Shown in pieces: positions 1 through 8,457 of a DNA stretch of 44,989 bases. Position 1 is the stretch's first letter; each line of letters begins with the position of its first letter. Under the pieces are notes generated by a model. That model was given only the letters and a program-made list of their open reading frames with translations. It was not told the DNA's origin and searched no databases. This DNA is from a virus (taxonomy: Duplodnaviria > Heunggongvirae > Uroviricota > Caudoviricetes), in the IMG/VR virus record IMGVR_UViG_2872703611_000005, one strand, 5' to 3'. Both the position numbers and the translations under genes were made by a program.

Positions 1-1119
1 TCAAATAACCAACTTAACCCATTCCTGACCTCGAGTATCGTTATAGCGATCGGTGGTTGCCTGGACTTTATGCCCCAGTAATGTTTTTGTATCGACACCC
101 TGTGCCCGGTACAGCCGTTCTGACAGGGAACGTTGTTCATGAAATGTTGGTGGTGTTTTTCCTGCTGGTGGAATTATTCCAGCCAGGTCCCGTGCTTTGG
201 CAAAGTAATCGCTCAGGTTGTCTTTACTCATCGGCTTCGGTTGTTTCTGGTGCCGACTATGGATTAGATATGGACTTAATATTCTGTCTCGGCACCCATC
301 AATAACTTCTTTTAACGTTATCCCAATGGCATCACAGCGTAGTGTAAGCGGTAACGCCAGACGCATTCCGGTTTTTCCCTGGGTGATATGCAGGTGTTCG
401 TTCCACACATCTGAAAAACGCATGTGGCAAATGTCATCACGGCGCTGACCAGTAACAATCGCAAGAAGCATTGCGTTACGGATAAAGTGTTTTTCAGGCG
501 TTGCGTTGTAAATTTTTTGCCAGTCTTCCAGGGTGAGCCTGGCTCTGGTTACTTTAGGGATCGGTTTACGGGTAGCCTCCGGAGGATTCCATCCAGGAGG
601 AACTTCCCCTGCATGCTGTGCTTCTTTATAAATATCAACCCATAATCCACGATTTACGCTCGCTGTGCTGACCATGTCTTTATCCAGCCACTCATCCAGT
701 ATTAATGCAAAGTCTCTTACTTCCAGTTCTTTCAATGGGTGGTTTCCCAGACGGGAAACCAGGTATGCAGCCATTCGGGCTTTTTCTTTGTGAGTTGTAG
801 TTGCAATATCCCCATTTTTCAGTCGCGTGTCCTGTATTTTCAGATATCGATCAACCCATGCCTTTAATCTGATACCCCGACGTTTTGTTGCTGACGGACT
901 TTCATCAATTTTGCGCATGAAATATTCAGCTTCTGCTGCAGCTATTCGCTGATTGGCTGTGGAAGCGATTTTTTCTGCTTTGCCTTTGTCTGTTCCGAGA
1001 CCGTGAAATTTTCCAGTCACAGGGTTTTTATACTGGTAGTAAACCCTGCCAGTTCTGCGATCAAACTTTTCGTAAAGACCGGTTACGTCAGTGCTGTTTT
1101 TTCGTGGCCTCGGTGACAT
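1..1119 (-). CDS. int: Tyrosine integrase (lambda Int family)
   Basis: 372 aa; lambda Int-like architecture with C-terminal catalytic region ending ...LGHKVQATTDRYNDTRGQEW; first gene at prophage left end, followed by xis. Confidence 0.85.
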   Translation of the reverse strand: MSPRPRKNSTDVTGLYEKFDRRTGRVYYQYKNPVTGKFHGLGTDKGKAEKIASTANQRIAAAEAEYFMRKIDESPSATKRRGIRLKAWVDRYLKIQDTRLKNGDIATTTHKEKARMAAYLVSRLGNHPLKELEVRDFALILDEWLDKDMVSTASVNRGLWVDIYKEAQHAGEVPPGWNPPEATRKPIPKVTRARLTLEDWQKIYNATPEKHFIRNAMLLAIVTGQRRDDICHMRFSDVWNEHLHITQGKTGMRLALPLTLRCDAIGITLKEVIDGCRDRILSPYLIHSRHQKQPKPMSKDNLSDYFAKARDLAGIIPPAGKTPPTFHEQRSLSERLYRAQGVDTKTLLGHKVQATTDRYNDTRGQEWVKLVI

Positions 1120-1366
1120 GAGTTAAAATCTCCTTCAGTGCATCATCATCGCCAGTATGAATTTCCGGCGCAATTCCCGTTTCACCAGGTCCAACAAATA
1201 CTGCCCGGCGATCTATCAGCCAACGCCCACGAATTTTTTGTGGTCTTGGAACGATGTATCCTAGTTTTCCGTATTTCACCAGGGTAGTGTTTGTTATTGG
1301 GAGACTGAACCGTTTTGGTTTCCACTCGTCGAGCGTTATCAGGTACTGTTCGCTCATGGCTATCAC
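1088..1366 (-). CDS. xis: Excisionase (Xis-like)
   Basis: 92 aa basic protein immediately upstream of and overlapping int start, as in lambda; start codon choice uncertain. Confidence 0.6.
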   Translation of the reverse strand: MIAMSEQYLITLDEWKPKRFSLPITNTTLVKYGKLGYIVPRPQKIRGRWLIDRRAVFVGPGETGIAPEIHTGDDDALKEILTHVTEATKKQH

Positions 1367-1418
1367 TCCGGAACACGCCAGTTGCAGAATACCAACGACA
1401 ACTGGCGACGGTTGAACA

Positions 1419-3890
1419 TTAAAAATCAGCCTGACTCGGGATCAGTTTTTGCCAGATTGCTGAAACGTATTTTGCCTGGTAACGGGCGTCATCAAGTGCA
1501 TTATGGCGCTCACCTTCGAATGGAATAGCCGTTCTGGCATCGAAGTCTATGGCTTTCCCCAGCTCAACGATTGTGCGTACATCGCGATCGTTGTAGTAAC
1601 GCCACGGGCAGGGGATCCCCTGCCGTTCGTATGAACGGCGCAAAATCGTGTTGTCGAAGTTGGCTCCATTTCCCCAGACCTGAACAAAAAATTCGCCGGA
1701 GTTTTCGTCGATAAATTCCCGCAATTGTAACAGTGCATCATCTAACGGGATTTCATCGGTCATAATAGCAGATTGCGCTTCGCGTGATTGCTTAAGCCAC
1801 CATTTAATAGTGTCCCGATCAATGACTCCGCCAGCAGTTTCCAGATCGATAGTCTTACTAAATTCCGGTCCCATATCTCCGGTTTGCGGATCGAAAAATA
1901 TTGCACCTATTGAGATGATCGGGGCATCGGGATTTTTTCCCATGGTTTCAAGGTCGATCATTAGATGGTCACACGTCCTGCTGGTGGATGTGATAACGCG
2001 ATGACCGTTCACCGTAATTAAGGGATCTGCCGTCTCGCCAGTTTCACTATCGCTGGCGTGATCCTGAGCGCTGCCAGCATTCTCCTTGTGTGGATGTTCA
2101 GCGCCTTCCATTTTCTCCGAATCGTCTTCCTGAACTTCAACCTGGTTCTTGTCATCGAATGTTTCCTGGTATGTTGCGTCGCCCATCACCGCGCCACAAT
2201 CAGGGCAGTTGCCGCCGCCGGTCTGGCCGCAGGCGGTGCAGATCTTTTCCGGTTCCTGTTGCACTACTGGTTCAGGTTGTTTCGTTTCTTGCTCGTTTTG
2301 TAACGCATTTGGGCTGTTTTGTTCCGCTTTCTGGCCGTTCTGTTCCGTTTCTTGCTGGTTCTGGTTCACAGAATCGCGGGTTTCCATCCCCTTAACCCAT
2401 TTCGGATCATTCGGGTCGCTAATCCCTTCAATAAATTCACCACGTGATGCAGCAAGCAACTTATCGGCGTCAGGCTGGCTGATATTGGCTGCCTGCATAA
2501 TTTTGTTTACTTCGTCAGCGGTAACTTTTACCGGTTCTGGCTGTGCGGTCGTGTCAGATGCACCAGTATTTTGTTGTGAACCTGAGTATGTACTGTTTTT
2601 GCGGGCGAAATATTCTTCTTTCGTGATTTCAGTAGCCCCGGCAGCCAGCGCCTTATCCAGACCAGAAAGTTTGTTTGCGCGACCGTATTTTTCGCCATCC
2701 TTGTCGGTGAAGAGGAAGTAGAACGGCCCCTCACGCTCTACAGATGGTTCGACTTCCACTTTGCATTCGGTTTTTTCGTTGTCCGGAATTGCCGTTTCCA
2801 CTGCATCAGTTTCTGGTACTGGCGACGAGAGAGTATCAGTTGCGATCTGATTTGTTCCTTCATCTTCAAACACGCCCTTTGTAGTCAGGTATTCAGTAAT
2901 GTATTTGTTCAGTACCACAGGGTCTTTGTGAATGTCGATCGGACGCTCACGGACAAGGCCAAAAATAGTCTGGCGGTCGTAGCGAAGGGCATCAGGCTGT
3001 TTGCGTATTGATGCTGAGATACGCTTCCAGTCTTCGCGGTCGTTGTTGATAACTTCATTTTTTGCCCAGCGATGGATGCTGCCGTCAATGTTTCCGGCAT
3101 CAATGTCACCAGGCCACAGAGCGTAGGCCAGTTCATCATCCAGTGTTTTCCATGTCTGCTTATATTCGCGACGAATGACTGCAGTGACAGGGGGGATATT
3201 TTCTGCTGAGTTTTCAGTGTGCTGTCGGTTGACTCTGGCGCGGGCGAGATCAACAGCAGACGTGTATTTTCCAGTCTCTTTGCGCTCTGCGTCCTGCCGT
3301 TTTTTCCAGTTACGTAATTCAGCCTGAATTTCGGGCCATTTGGCACCCGGATTACATTTGTGTTTAACCCATCCGATAGCGAACAGTTTGCGTTCCGGAT
3401 ACATAGCGTTAATTTCAGGCGTTTTCATCAGTGCTTCAACGATATGCCCGTCAAAGGTAGCAACGTCTTCCTGCAGTAATTCCTGCGCGTCAATCGCCAT
3501 ATCAACGGTGATGTTTTCACATGTACCGAACTTAACCAGGACCGCGTTCTGTACTTCAAGGGACAGCTTGTCAAAATTGACGTTCATCGGATCGGATTCT
3601 GGTTCGACCGGAATAAAGGAAGCGGATTCCTCATCCCAGCGGTTTTCCTGCATATATTCAGCATCCCAGGAATCGAGGGCAGGGCGGGGTATACCGGGTT
3701 TATCCTCGCAAACAAGAAATTTATAAGCGCAGTCCTGAGCAGCCGGATAATGTTCCAGGAATTGCCAGTGAAATTTTGCGCGGGCGCGACGTTCATCACC
3801 GGCTTCAATGGCAGTGGCTACAGCGACGGCACCTTCTTCCTTTATTGCCTGTTCGTCCGGAATAGCGGCGCAAATAAAGACTTTACTCAT
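1419..3890 (-). CDS. Large exonuclease-like protein with C-terminal DEDDh (DnaQ-like) 3'-5' exonuclease domain and CxxC-x-CxxC zinc ribbon
   Basis: 823 aa; C-terminus has D-L-E ... GNGANFD ... HNALDDA motifs typical of DEDDh exonucleases; CTACGQTGGGNCPDCG zinc-ribbon; sits in recombination-gene position next to xis. Confidence 0.7.
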   Translation of the reverse strand: MSKVFICAAIPDEQAIKEEGAVAVATAIEAGDERRARAKFHWQFLEHYPAAQDCAYKFLVCEDKPGIPRPALDSWDAEYMQENRWDEESASFIPVEPESDPMNVNFDKLSLEVQNAVLVKFGTCENITVDMAIDAQELLQEDVATFDGHIVEALMKTPEINAMYPERKLFAIGWVKHKCNPGAKWPEIQAELRNWKKRQDAERKETGKYTSAVDLARARVNRQHTENSAENIPPVTAVIRREYKQTWKTLDDELAYALWPGDIDAGNIDGSIHRWAKNEVINNDREDWKRISASIRKQPDALRYDRQTIFGLVRERPIDIHKDPVVLNKYITEYLTTKGVFEDEGTNQIATDTLSSPVPETDAVETAIPDNEKTECKVEVEPSVEREGPFYFLFTDKDGEKYGRANKLSGLDKALAAGATEITKEEYFARKNSTYSGSQQNTGASDTTAQPEPVKVTADEVNKIMQAANISQPDADKLLAASRGEFIEGISDPNDPKWVKGMETRDSVNQNQQETEQNGQKAEQNSPNALQNEQETKQPEPVVQQEPEKICTACGQTGGGNCPDCGAVMGDATYQETFDDKNQVEVQEDDSEKMEGAEHPHKENAGSAQDHASDSETGETADPLITVNGHRVITSTSRTCDHLMIDLETMGKNPDAPIISIGAIFFDPQTGDMGPEFSKTIDLETAGGVIDRDTIKWWLKQSREAQSAIMTDEIPLDDALLQLREFIDENSGEFFVQVWGNGANFDNTILRRSYERQGIPCPWRYYNDRDVRTIVELGKAIDFDARTAIPFEGERHNALDDARYQAKYVSAIWQKLIPSQADF

Positions 3891-3969
3891 GTTGTTTTAA
3901 CCTCATTACAGATTTAAGGGTGAACAAATCCCTGCCATTGCTGGCATATAAAATGAAACTGGATATTAA

Positions 3970-4173
3970 TTACGGCGCTGTTTTAAGTCCTGCCGGGATT
4001 TCGTTATTATCCATGTGAATAACTTTATCGACCGGATAGCAGTTACCGGGGATTTTTTGTTCTGCTGCGGCAGCCATGCATTCTTTCATTGAACCGTAAA
4101 TGTCAATAACCATGTCAACAGGCTCGCCAGTATTAAGAAAAACAGTCAGAGTGAGGGCAATAGCAGTATTCAT
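3970..4173 (-). CDS. Small hydrophobic protein downstream of dicB (YdfD-like position)
   Basis: 67 aa from internal Met (MNTAIALTLTVF...), hydrophobic N-terminus; stop of dicB overlaps its start. Confidence 0.45.
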   Translation of the reverse strand: MNTAIALTLTVFLNTGEPVDMVIDIYGSMKECMAAAAEQKIPGNCYPVDKVIHMDNNEIPAGLKTAP

Positions 4174-4358
4174 TGCCAGTATCCTTTTTGCATCGGGCGT
4201 AAACGTGCCAGCATTGAAAGAATGCATATTTTATTTAATAGCTCCCGTTCGTATTTTCTCTTATTAATGGCATCTTCAGTAAATACTGGGTTACTGATAG
4301 TGACACCAATTTCAAAACAACCTTCAGACGTATTGACGTTTGGTAATAACGTTTCCAT
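4170..4358 (-). CDS. dicB: Cell division inhibitor DicB (MinC-activating Kil-type protein)
   Basis: 62 aa METLLPNVNTSEGCFEIGVTISNPVFTEDAINKRK..., matches my recollection of Qin DicB nearly residue-for-residue. Confidence 0.85.
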   Translation of the reverse strand: METLLPNVNTSEGCFEIGVTISNPVFTEDAINKRKYERELLNKICILSMLARLRPMQKGYWQ

Positions 4359-4540
4359 TATCGCGTCCTCAACAATGAATTTTGTGATGCGGTGCCTGGT
4401 GCCTCCAGGTGACGTTAACCAGTTAATAATTAACGCCGGATACAGAGAACCCACCCATAAGAACCAATACGGAAGTCAACTGGCCTTTTTAACTGTTCCG
4501 CGTGCGCTGAGCCGCATTCACCGCATCACAAAATTCACTT

Positions 4541-4600
4541 TAAAAGGGGCGGGTATCATGGGAAAAACAAAACGGATACCCGCCAAAAGGTAATCAACAT
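4541..4600 (-). ncRNA. dicF: DicF-like small RNA with intrinsic-terminator hairpin, immediately upstream of dicB
   Basis: Minus strand reads ...TTTTGGCGGGTATCCGTTTTGTTTTTCCCATGATACCCGCCCCTTTT: 10-bp perfect stem (4548-4557/4575-4584) plus U-tract, resembling DicF 3' end; position conserved relative to dicB; ends approximate. Confidence 0.5.
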
Positions 4601-4924
4601 GGGTTGTTGCAGCGGGATTGTCACTCAGGCGTATGGTCAACCTGACAACCCGGTGGACATTTGCGAGGAACGGAGAACCCCCGCCATACTTACCGCCGCG
4701 CCATTTCGCGGAGTGCCACAACCGGAAGCGCACGGTCGACGAAAATTTAACGACAGGCTATCTATGAACCAGCAACCTCGCCGTGCGCTTTCGCGTTATG
4801 CTCTGACTTTTCAGAGAAATATCCTTTCAGTAAACTGTCAGTGCCGGATGCTCACCCGTGTCCGGCGCACACACTCCACCTCACCCGTGGAGAACTCCTT
4901 AATTACCAACCCTCAGGAGGGTGA

Positions 4925-5158
4925 ATGTTAAAATCAACGCTTATTGCTAAATGCCTTTATCAAAATCGCATGGTAAGCAGCATTTCAATAGGCGAGTCTG
5001 CAGTTAAAAGTATTTTCGAAGAGTACTTTCCCGGGCATGATTTTAATAAATGGAATACCAAATTACCGCCAGCAGTTTCAACGCGTATTCTGAAAGCAAC
5101 TGAAAGAGCAAGTACAATTCGCGTTAACTATTTCATTAAAGATTTGTGGGATCTTTGA
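4925..5158 (+). CDS. Hypothetical 77-aa protein, antisense to the early-left operon
   Basis: ATG preceded by AGGAGGG RBS at about 7 nt; AT-rich codon usage unlike neighbours; 3' end overlaps convergent 135-aa ORF. Confidence 0.45.
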   Translation: MLKSTLIAKCLYQNRMVSSISIGESAVKSIFEEYFPGHDFNKWNTKLPPAVSTRILKATERASTIRVNYFIKDLWDL

Positions 5159-5543
5159 TATCCACAGAGCCTAAAGTATGTGCATATGGATGTGCTATTG
5201 TGCGCCCTCGCAGATTTGCATCATTTTCTAAATTCACTGAACGAAACAGGGCATCAACAAGGCTCTGTACAATGCAAAGGCAATCGAAGACTGTCGCCGT
5301 TTCTGTTTTGATTGATGAAAGAACATGGCCATTCACGCAAACAGAAATTACCCGTTTATTAACATCGCTTTCCTGCTTTTGATTATCAGAACCATATAGC
5401 CCTGAAAAAGCATTGCGCACATTACGAACCATATTATCGATGGTTTCTTTTTTGGTGTATGCCGGGTCAATTTTCACCAGACTATCACCGAGTGTCGTTG
5501 CAGCAATTATCTGGATTTCTTTTGGTAAATCTTTAAATTCCAT
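5136..5543 (-). CDS. Hypothetical 135-aa protein (AT-rich insertion in dicB-type operon)
   Basis: ORF with GAGG RBS about 8 nt upstream on minus strand; follows the ydfC-like gene; roughly 40% GC; no family recognised. Confidence 0.5.
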   Translation of the reverse strand: MEFKDLPKEIQIIAATTLGDSLVKIDPAYTKKETIDNMVRNVRNAFSGLYGSDNQKQESDVNKRVISVCVNGHVLSSIKTETATVFDCLCIVQSLVDALFRSVNLENDANLRGRTIAHPYAHTLGSVDIKDPTNL

Positions 5544-5565
5544 TATTAGCCTCGTTGGTTAACCA

Positions 5566-5784
5566 TTAACGTGGGTATGTAATCATTCTGGCAATGCTTA
5601 ATGCCGCTGCTTTTTCCAGATTGGTGATATCCTGCTCCAGAGCGGACAGATTTTCAGCCTGCTTAGCCCTGGCTTCATTGGCCCATTTCAGGTCCTGCGC
5701 AGCCTTAATTTTCTGGTGCATCCACTCATAAAGTTCATCATCGGTATAGTCTGGCGCGATGATGACGGGTTCTCGTTTCTGCAT
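5566..5784 (-). CDS. ydfC: YdfC-like small protein
   Basis: 72 aa, size and position match ydfC in the Qin dicC-ydfABC-dicF-dicB operon; sequence identity not verified. Confidence 0.45.
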   Translation of the reverse strand: MQKREPVIIAPDYTDDELYEWMHQKIKAAQDLKWANEARAKQAENLSALEQDITNLEKAAALSIARMITYPR

Positions 5785-5813
5785 ACTGATTCCTCGCGGT
5801 GCTGCTTCGCTTA

Positions 5814-5942
5814 TCAGCCGTTAGATTTTGCCGGGCTGGAAAGCGCCTGTATAAACTCACTGAAGCTGAGAGTTTCTTCGCCTTTGGCAAGGCCTTCGAA
5901 GTATTCTTCGTAAGCCTTTTCCATGATTGTGTCGAAATCCAT
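5814..5942 (-). CDS. ydfB: YdfB-like small protein
   Basis: 42 aa MDFDTIMEKAYEEYFEGLAKGEETLSFSEFIQALSSPAKSNG translated by hand from the minus strand; start overlaps ydfA stop; below the ORF-track size cutoff. Confidence 0.6.
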   Translation of the reverse strand: MDFDTIMEKAYEEYFEGLAKGEETLSFSEFIQALSSPAKSNG

Positions 5943-5943
5943 A

Positions 5944-6099
5944 TCACTCACCTGAGTTTCTTTCCAGCCAGCGACGGGCACCATTTTCGGTTTTAAACGT
6001 TTTGCTTTTGGTATACGTCATCGCGGTGAACGTGCCGTCCTGGTTGGGAAACACGCCGTACACCAGAGATTCGTTGTTACCAAGATCGATAGTATCCAT
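5944..6099 (-). CDS. ydfA: YdfA-like small protein
   Basis: 51 aa from internal Met MDTIDLGNNESLVYGVFPNQDG...; first gene of the leftward operon next to the repressor gene. Confidence 0.6.
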   Translation of the reverse strand: MDTIDLGNNESLVYGVFPNQDGTFTAMTYTKSKTFKTENGARRWLERNSGE

Positions 6100-6210
6100 G
6101 TTGACCTCATTTCCCCTTAACGCCGGGTAGCGGAACTGTTTGCTGAGAACACCGTGCGGTGTCTTGATGGGTGGTAATTTAGTTTTCTCATGAGTGTTGG
6201 TCAAGTGCTT

Positions 6211-6230
6211 TTAATGAGAAAACTCAATAT
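6211..6230. promoter_or_regulatory. Putative DicA-type operator copy (TTGAG-N4-CTCAA palindrome) upstream of the leftward early operon
   Basis: TGAGAAAACTCAAT at 6215-6228, identical to the copy in the dicA/dicC intergenic region; a reverse-complement half copy AGTTTTCTC lies at 6181-6189. Confidence 0.5.
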
Positions 6231-6288
6231 TTAATGCAAAATAAAGCCAATACATTGAAATGTAAGGCTTTAAAATTTGTGAAGGGGA

Positions 6289-6696
6289 TTACTGATGTTT
6301 GTTACGTTTGCGAGCTTCTAGTAGCTCGGTGAATAGGCGATTAAAATTCTCAACGCGGGCACGGAGTTCGCTGATTTGTGCTTGCTGCTCTGATTTTGGA
6401 AGTGCGCGATACAATCGCAACATCTCCAACTCATCTTCCGATAAGTCTAAGGCGCTGTTGAGTGCAACTGGTGGATCTGGTGTTTTATCCTCGTCACCAA
6501 ACAGTATCCAAGTTGGTGAACATTGCAATACCTCAGCCAGGCGATGCAAATTTTGCCCACGCGGGGCTGTATGGTCGCTTTCCCATAGTGAAATTGATGA
6601 GCCAGATACGCCAGCGGCTTTGCTTAAATCGTTTTGACTTAAACCAACCTGTTTGCGTCTTTCTCTAATTCGTTGACCTAAAGTTTTCTCGTTCAT
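6289..6696 (-). CDS. dicA: Prophage repressor, DicA family (HTH_XRE, no LexA-like peptidase domain)
   Basis: 135 aa; N-terminal HTH (GQRIRERRKQVGLSQNDLSKAAGVSGSSISLWE) and C-terminal ...VLQCSPTWILFGDEDK... closely resembling DicA as I recall it. Confidence 0.8.
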   Translation of the reverse strand: MNEKTLGQRIRERRKQVGLSQNDLSKAAGVSGSSISLWESDHTAPRGQNLHRLAEVLQCSPTWILFGDEDKTPDPPVALNSALDLSEDELEMLRLYRALPKSEQQAQISELRARVENFNRLFTELLEARKRNKHQ

Positions 6697-6744
6697 ATTT
6701 AGATATCTTAATAACCCTTGACTTGAGATTCCTTGAGTGATTAC

Positions 6745-6764
6745 TATTGAGAAAACTCAATTTT
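6745..6764. promoter_or_regulatory. Putative operator in divergent dicA/dicC promoter region
   Basis: Perfect palindrome TTGAGAAAACTCAA at 6747-6760 within the 77-bp divergent intergenic region. Confidence 0.55.
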
Positions 6765-6773
6765 GGAGGGGTG

Positions 6774-7001
6774 ATGTTTAAATCAGACGTAATTAATTTT
6801 TATGGGACGAAAGCCAAAGTAGCGAAAGCTGCTGGTGTTGATCCATCTGCTGTTTCTCAATGGGGGGAACTGGTTCCTGAAGGTCGCGCGATGCGCCTGC
6901 AAGAGGCATCCGACGGGGAACTTCAGTACGACCCCAAAGTTTATGACGAATATCGTAAGGCAAAGCGGGCGGGGCGGTTGAACAATGAAAATCACCCCTG
7001 A
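6774..7001 (+). CDS. dicC: Cro-like regulator, DicC/YdaS family
   Basis: 75 aa from ATG with GGAGGG RBS; ...LVPEGRAMRLQEASDGELQYDPKVYDEYRKAKRAGRLNNENHP matches DicC-type proteins; divergent from repressor. Confidence 0.75.
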   Translation: MFKSDVINFYGTKAKVAKAAGVDPSAVSQWGELVPEGRAMRLQEASDGELQYDPKVYDEYRKAKRAGRLNNENHP

Positions 7002-7506
7002 ACAGGTTTGTGAGGCTCTGGATGCCTGGGTATGTCGACCAGGAATGACACAGGAGCAGGCGACGATATTAATCACGGAAGCATTCTGGGCTCTGAAAGA
7101 ACGCCCGAACATCGATGTTCAACGCGTCACGTTTAATGATGGCGAGGTTGATCAACGGGCGCTGGGCGTTAACCGGGTGAAGATATTCGAACGCTGGAAA
7201 GCTATCGACACCAGGGATAAGCGGAAAAAATTCACGGCGCTGATTCCGGCAATTATGGAGGCTATCCGGATTAATGATTTCAGGTTGTATCGTGAAATTA
7301 CTGACGGAAAAAGCATTACGTACATGATCGCCGGGTTAAATAAAGAATATGGCGATGTGGTGGAATCCGGACTGCTTTTTGCAGATCCAGCTGTAGTGGA
7401 TCGTGAAACTGACGAACTTATAGAAAAAGCAATTGCTTTCAAGCTTGCGTATCGACAGCAATACCAACAAAAAGCTGGATGGAATTATGAGTCTTCTTTT
7501 TGCTGA
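6985..7506 (+). CDS. Hypothetical protein in YdaT/CII position
   Basis: 173 aa ORF overlapping the dicC stop, upstream of replication genes; family assignment by position only. Confidence 0.5.
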   Translation: MKITPEQVCEALDAWVCRPGMTQEQATILITEAFWALKERPNIDVQRVTFNDGEVDQRALGVNRVKIFERWKAIDTRDKRKKFTALIPAIMEAIRINDFRLYREITDGKSITYMIAGLNKEYGDVVESGLLFADPAVVDRETDELIEKAIAFKLAYRQQYQQKAGWNYESSFC

Positions 7507-8452
7507 ACGCCCACTGGTTATAAACACGCAGCTGGCAATGAAAATTGGCTTAAACGAAGCCATTGTTTTGCAACAACTGCACTACTGGTTGAGAGATACC
7601 AACTCCGGCATGGAATGTGATGGTGTTCGCTGGGTTTATAACACAACGGAACAATGGCTGGAACAGTTCCCGTTCTGGTCAGAGTCAACGTTAAAGCGCG
7701 CGTTTGCAAGTCTGAAAACGCTGGGGCTTTTGCGTTGTGAAAAGCTCAATAAATCAAAGCGCGATATGACCAATTTCTACACGATCAACTACGGGAACGA
7801 GCTTTTAGATGGTGGCAAAGTGAGCGAATCCATCGGTTCAAAATGCGCCGCTCCATCAGGTCAAAATGACACGATGGAAGAGGCTAAAATGGCACGTTCC
7901 ATTGGTTCAAAACGACTCAATGTCATCGGGTCAAAATGGCCTGATGATCTTACAGAGAATACAACAGAGATTACTACAGAGAATAAAAACACTTCTCGTC
8001 CGGAAGCTTCGCAACCGGACCCGCAGACGGTTGAACGGGATTTTTTAACCCGACACCCTGACGCGGTTGTGTTCAGTGCAAAAAAACGCCAGTGGGGCAA
8101 CCAGGAAGATTTGGCGTGTGCGCAGTGGATCTGGGGGCGAATCGTGAGTCTTTACGAGCAGGCCGCCAGCGATGATGGCGAGATTTCGCGACCGAAAGAA
8201 CCCAACTGGACCGCATGGGCCAACGACGTGCGCACAATGCGGATGCTGGATGGCAGAACTCACAGACAAATTTGTGAAATGTTTGGTCGGGCGCAGCGGG
8301 ATCCATTCTGGGTAAAAAATATCATGAGTCCGTCAAAGCTTCGCGGAAAATGGGATGAACTGGTTATCCGCCTGGGGCGTTCGTCTGTACAGCGTTGTGT
8401 GAATCATATTTCTGAGCCGGATACCGAAATTCCGCCGGGGTTCAGGGGGTAA
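7487..8452 (+). CDS. Putative replication initiation protein (O-like / YdaU-position)
   Basis: About 321 aa from the internal ATG at 7487; immediately precedes the DnaC-like helicase loader. Confidence 0.55.
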   Translation: MSLLFAERPLVINTQLAMKIGLNEAIVLQQLHYWLRDTNSGMECDGVRWVYNTTEQWLEQFPFWSESTLKRAFASLKTLGLLRCEKLNKSKRDMTNFYTINYGNELLDGGKVSESIGSKCAAPSGQNDTMEEAKMARSIGSKRLNVIGSKWPDDLTENTTEITTENKNTSRPEASQPDPQTVERDFLTRHPDAVVFSAKKRQWGNQEDLACAQWIWGRIVSLYEQAASDDGEISRPKEPNWTAWANDVRTMRMLDGRTHRQICEMFGRAQRDPFWVKNIMSPSKLRGKWDELVIRLGRSSVQRCVNHISEPDTEIPPGFRG

Positions 8453-8457
8453 CGGCC

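Noticed and set aside
1-60. attL core adjacent to int
   Set aside because: The window begins at the int stop codon, so the attachment site and any target gene lie outside the window.
4599-4931. 110-aa plus-strand ORF upstream of the 77-aa gene
   Set aside because: GC-rich with Cys/Arg/Pro-rich junk-like translation and no RBS; more likely a structured leader or spacer of the dicF region than a protein gene.
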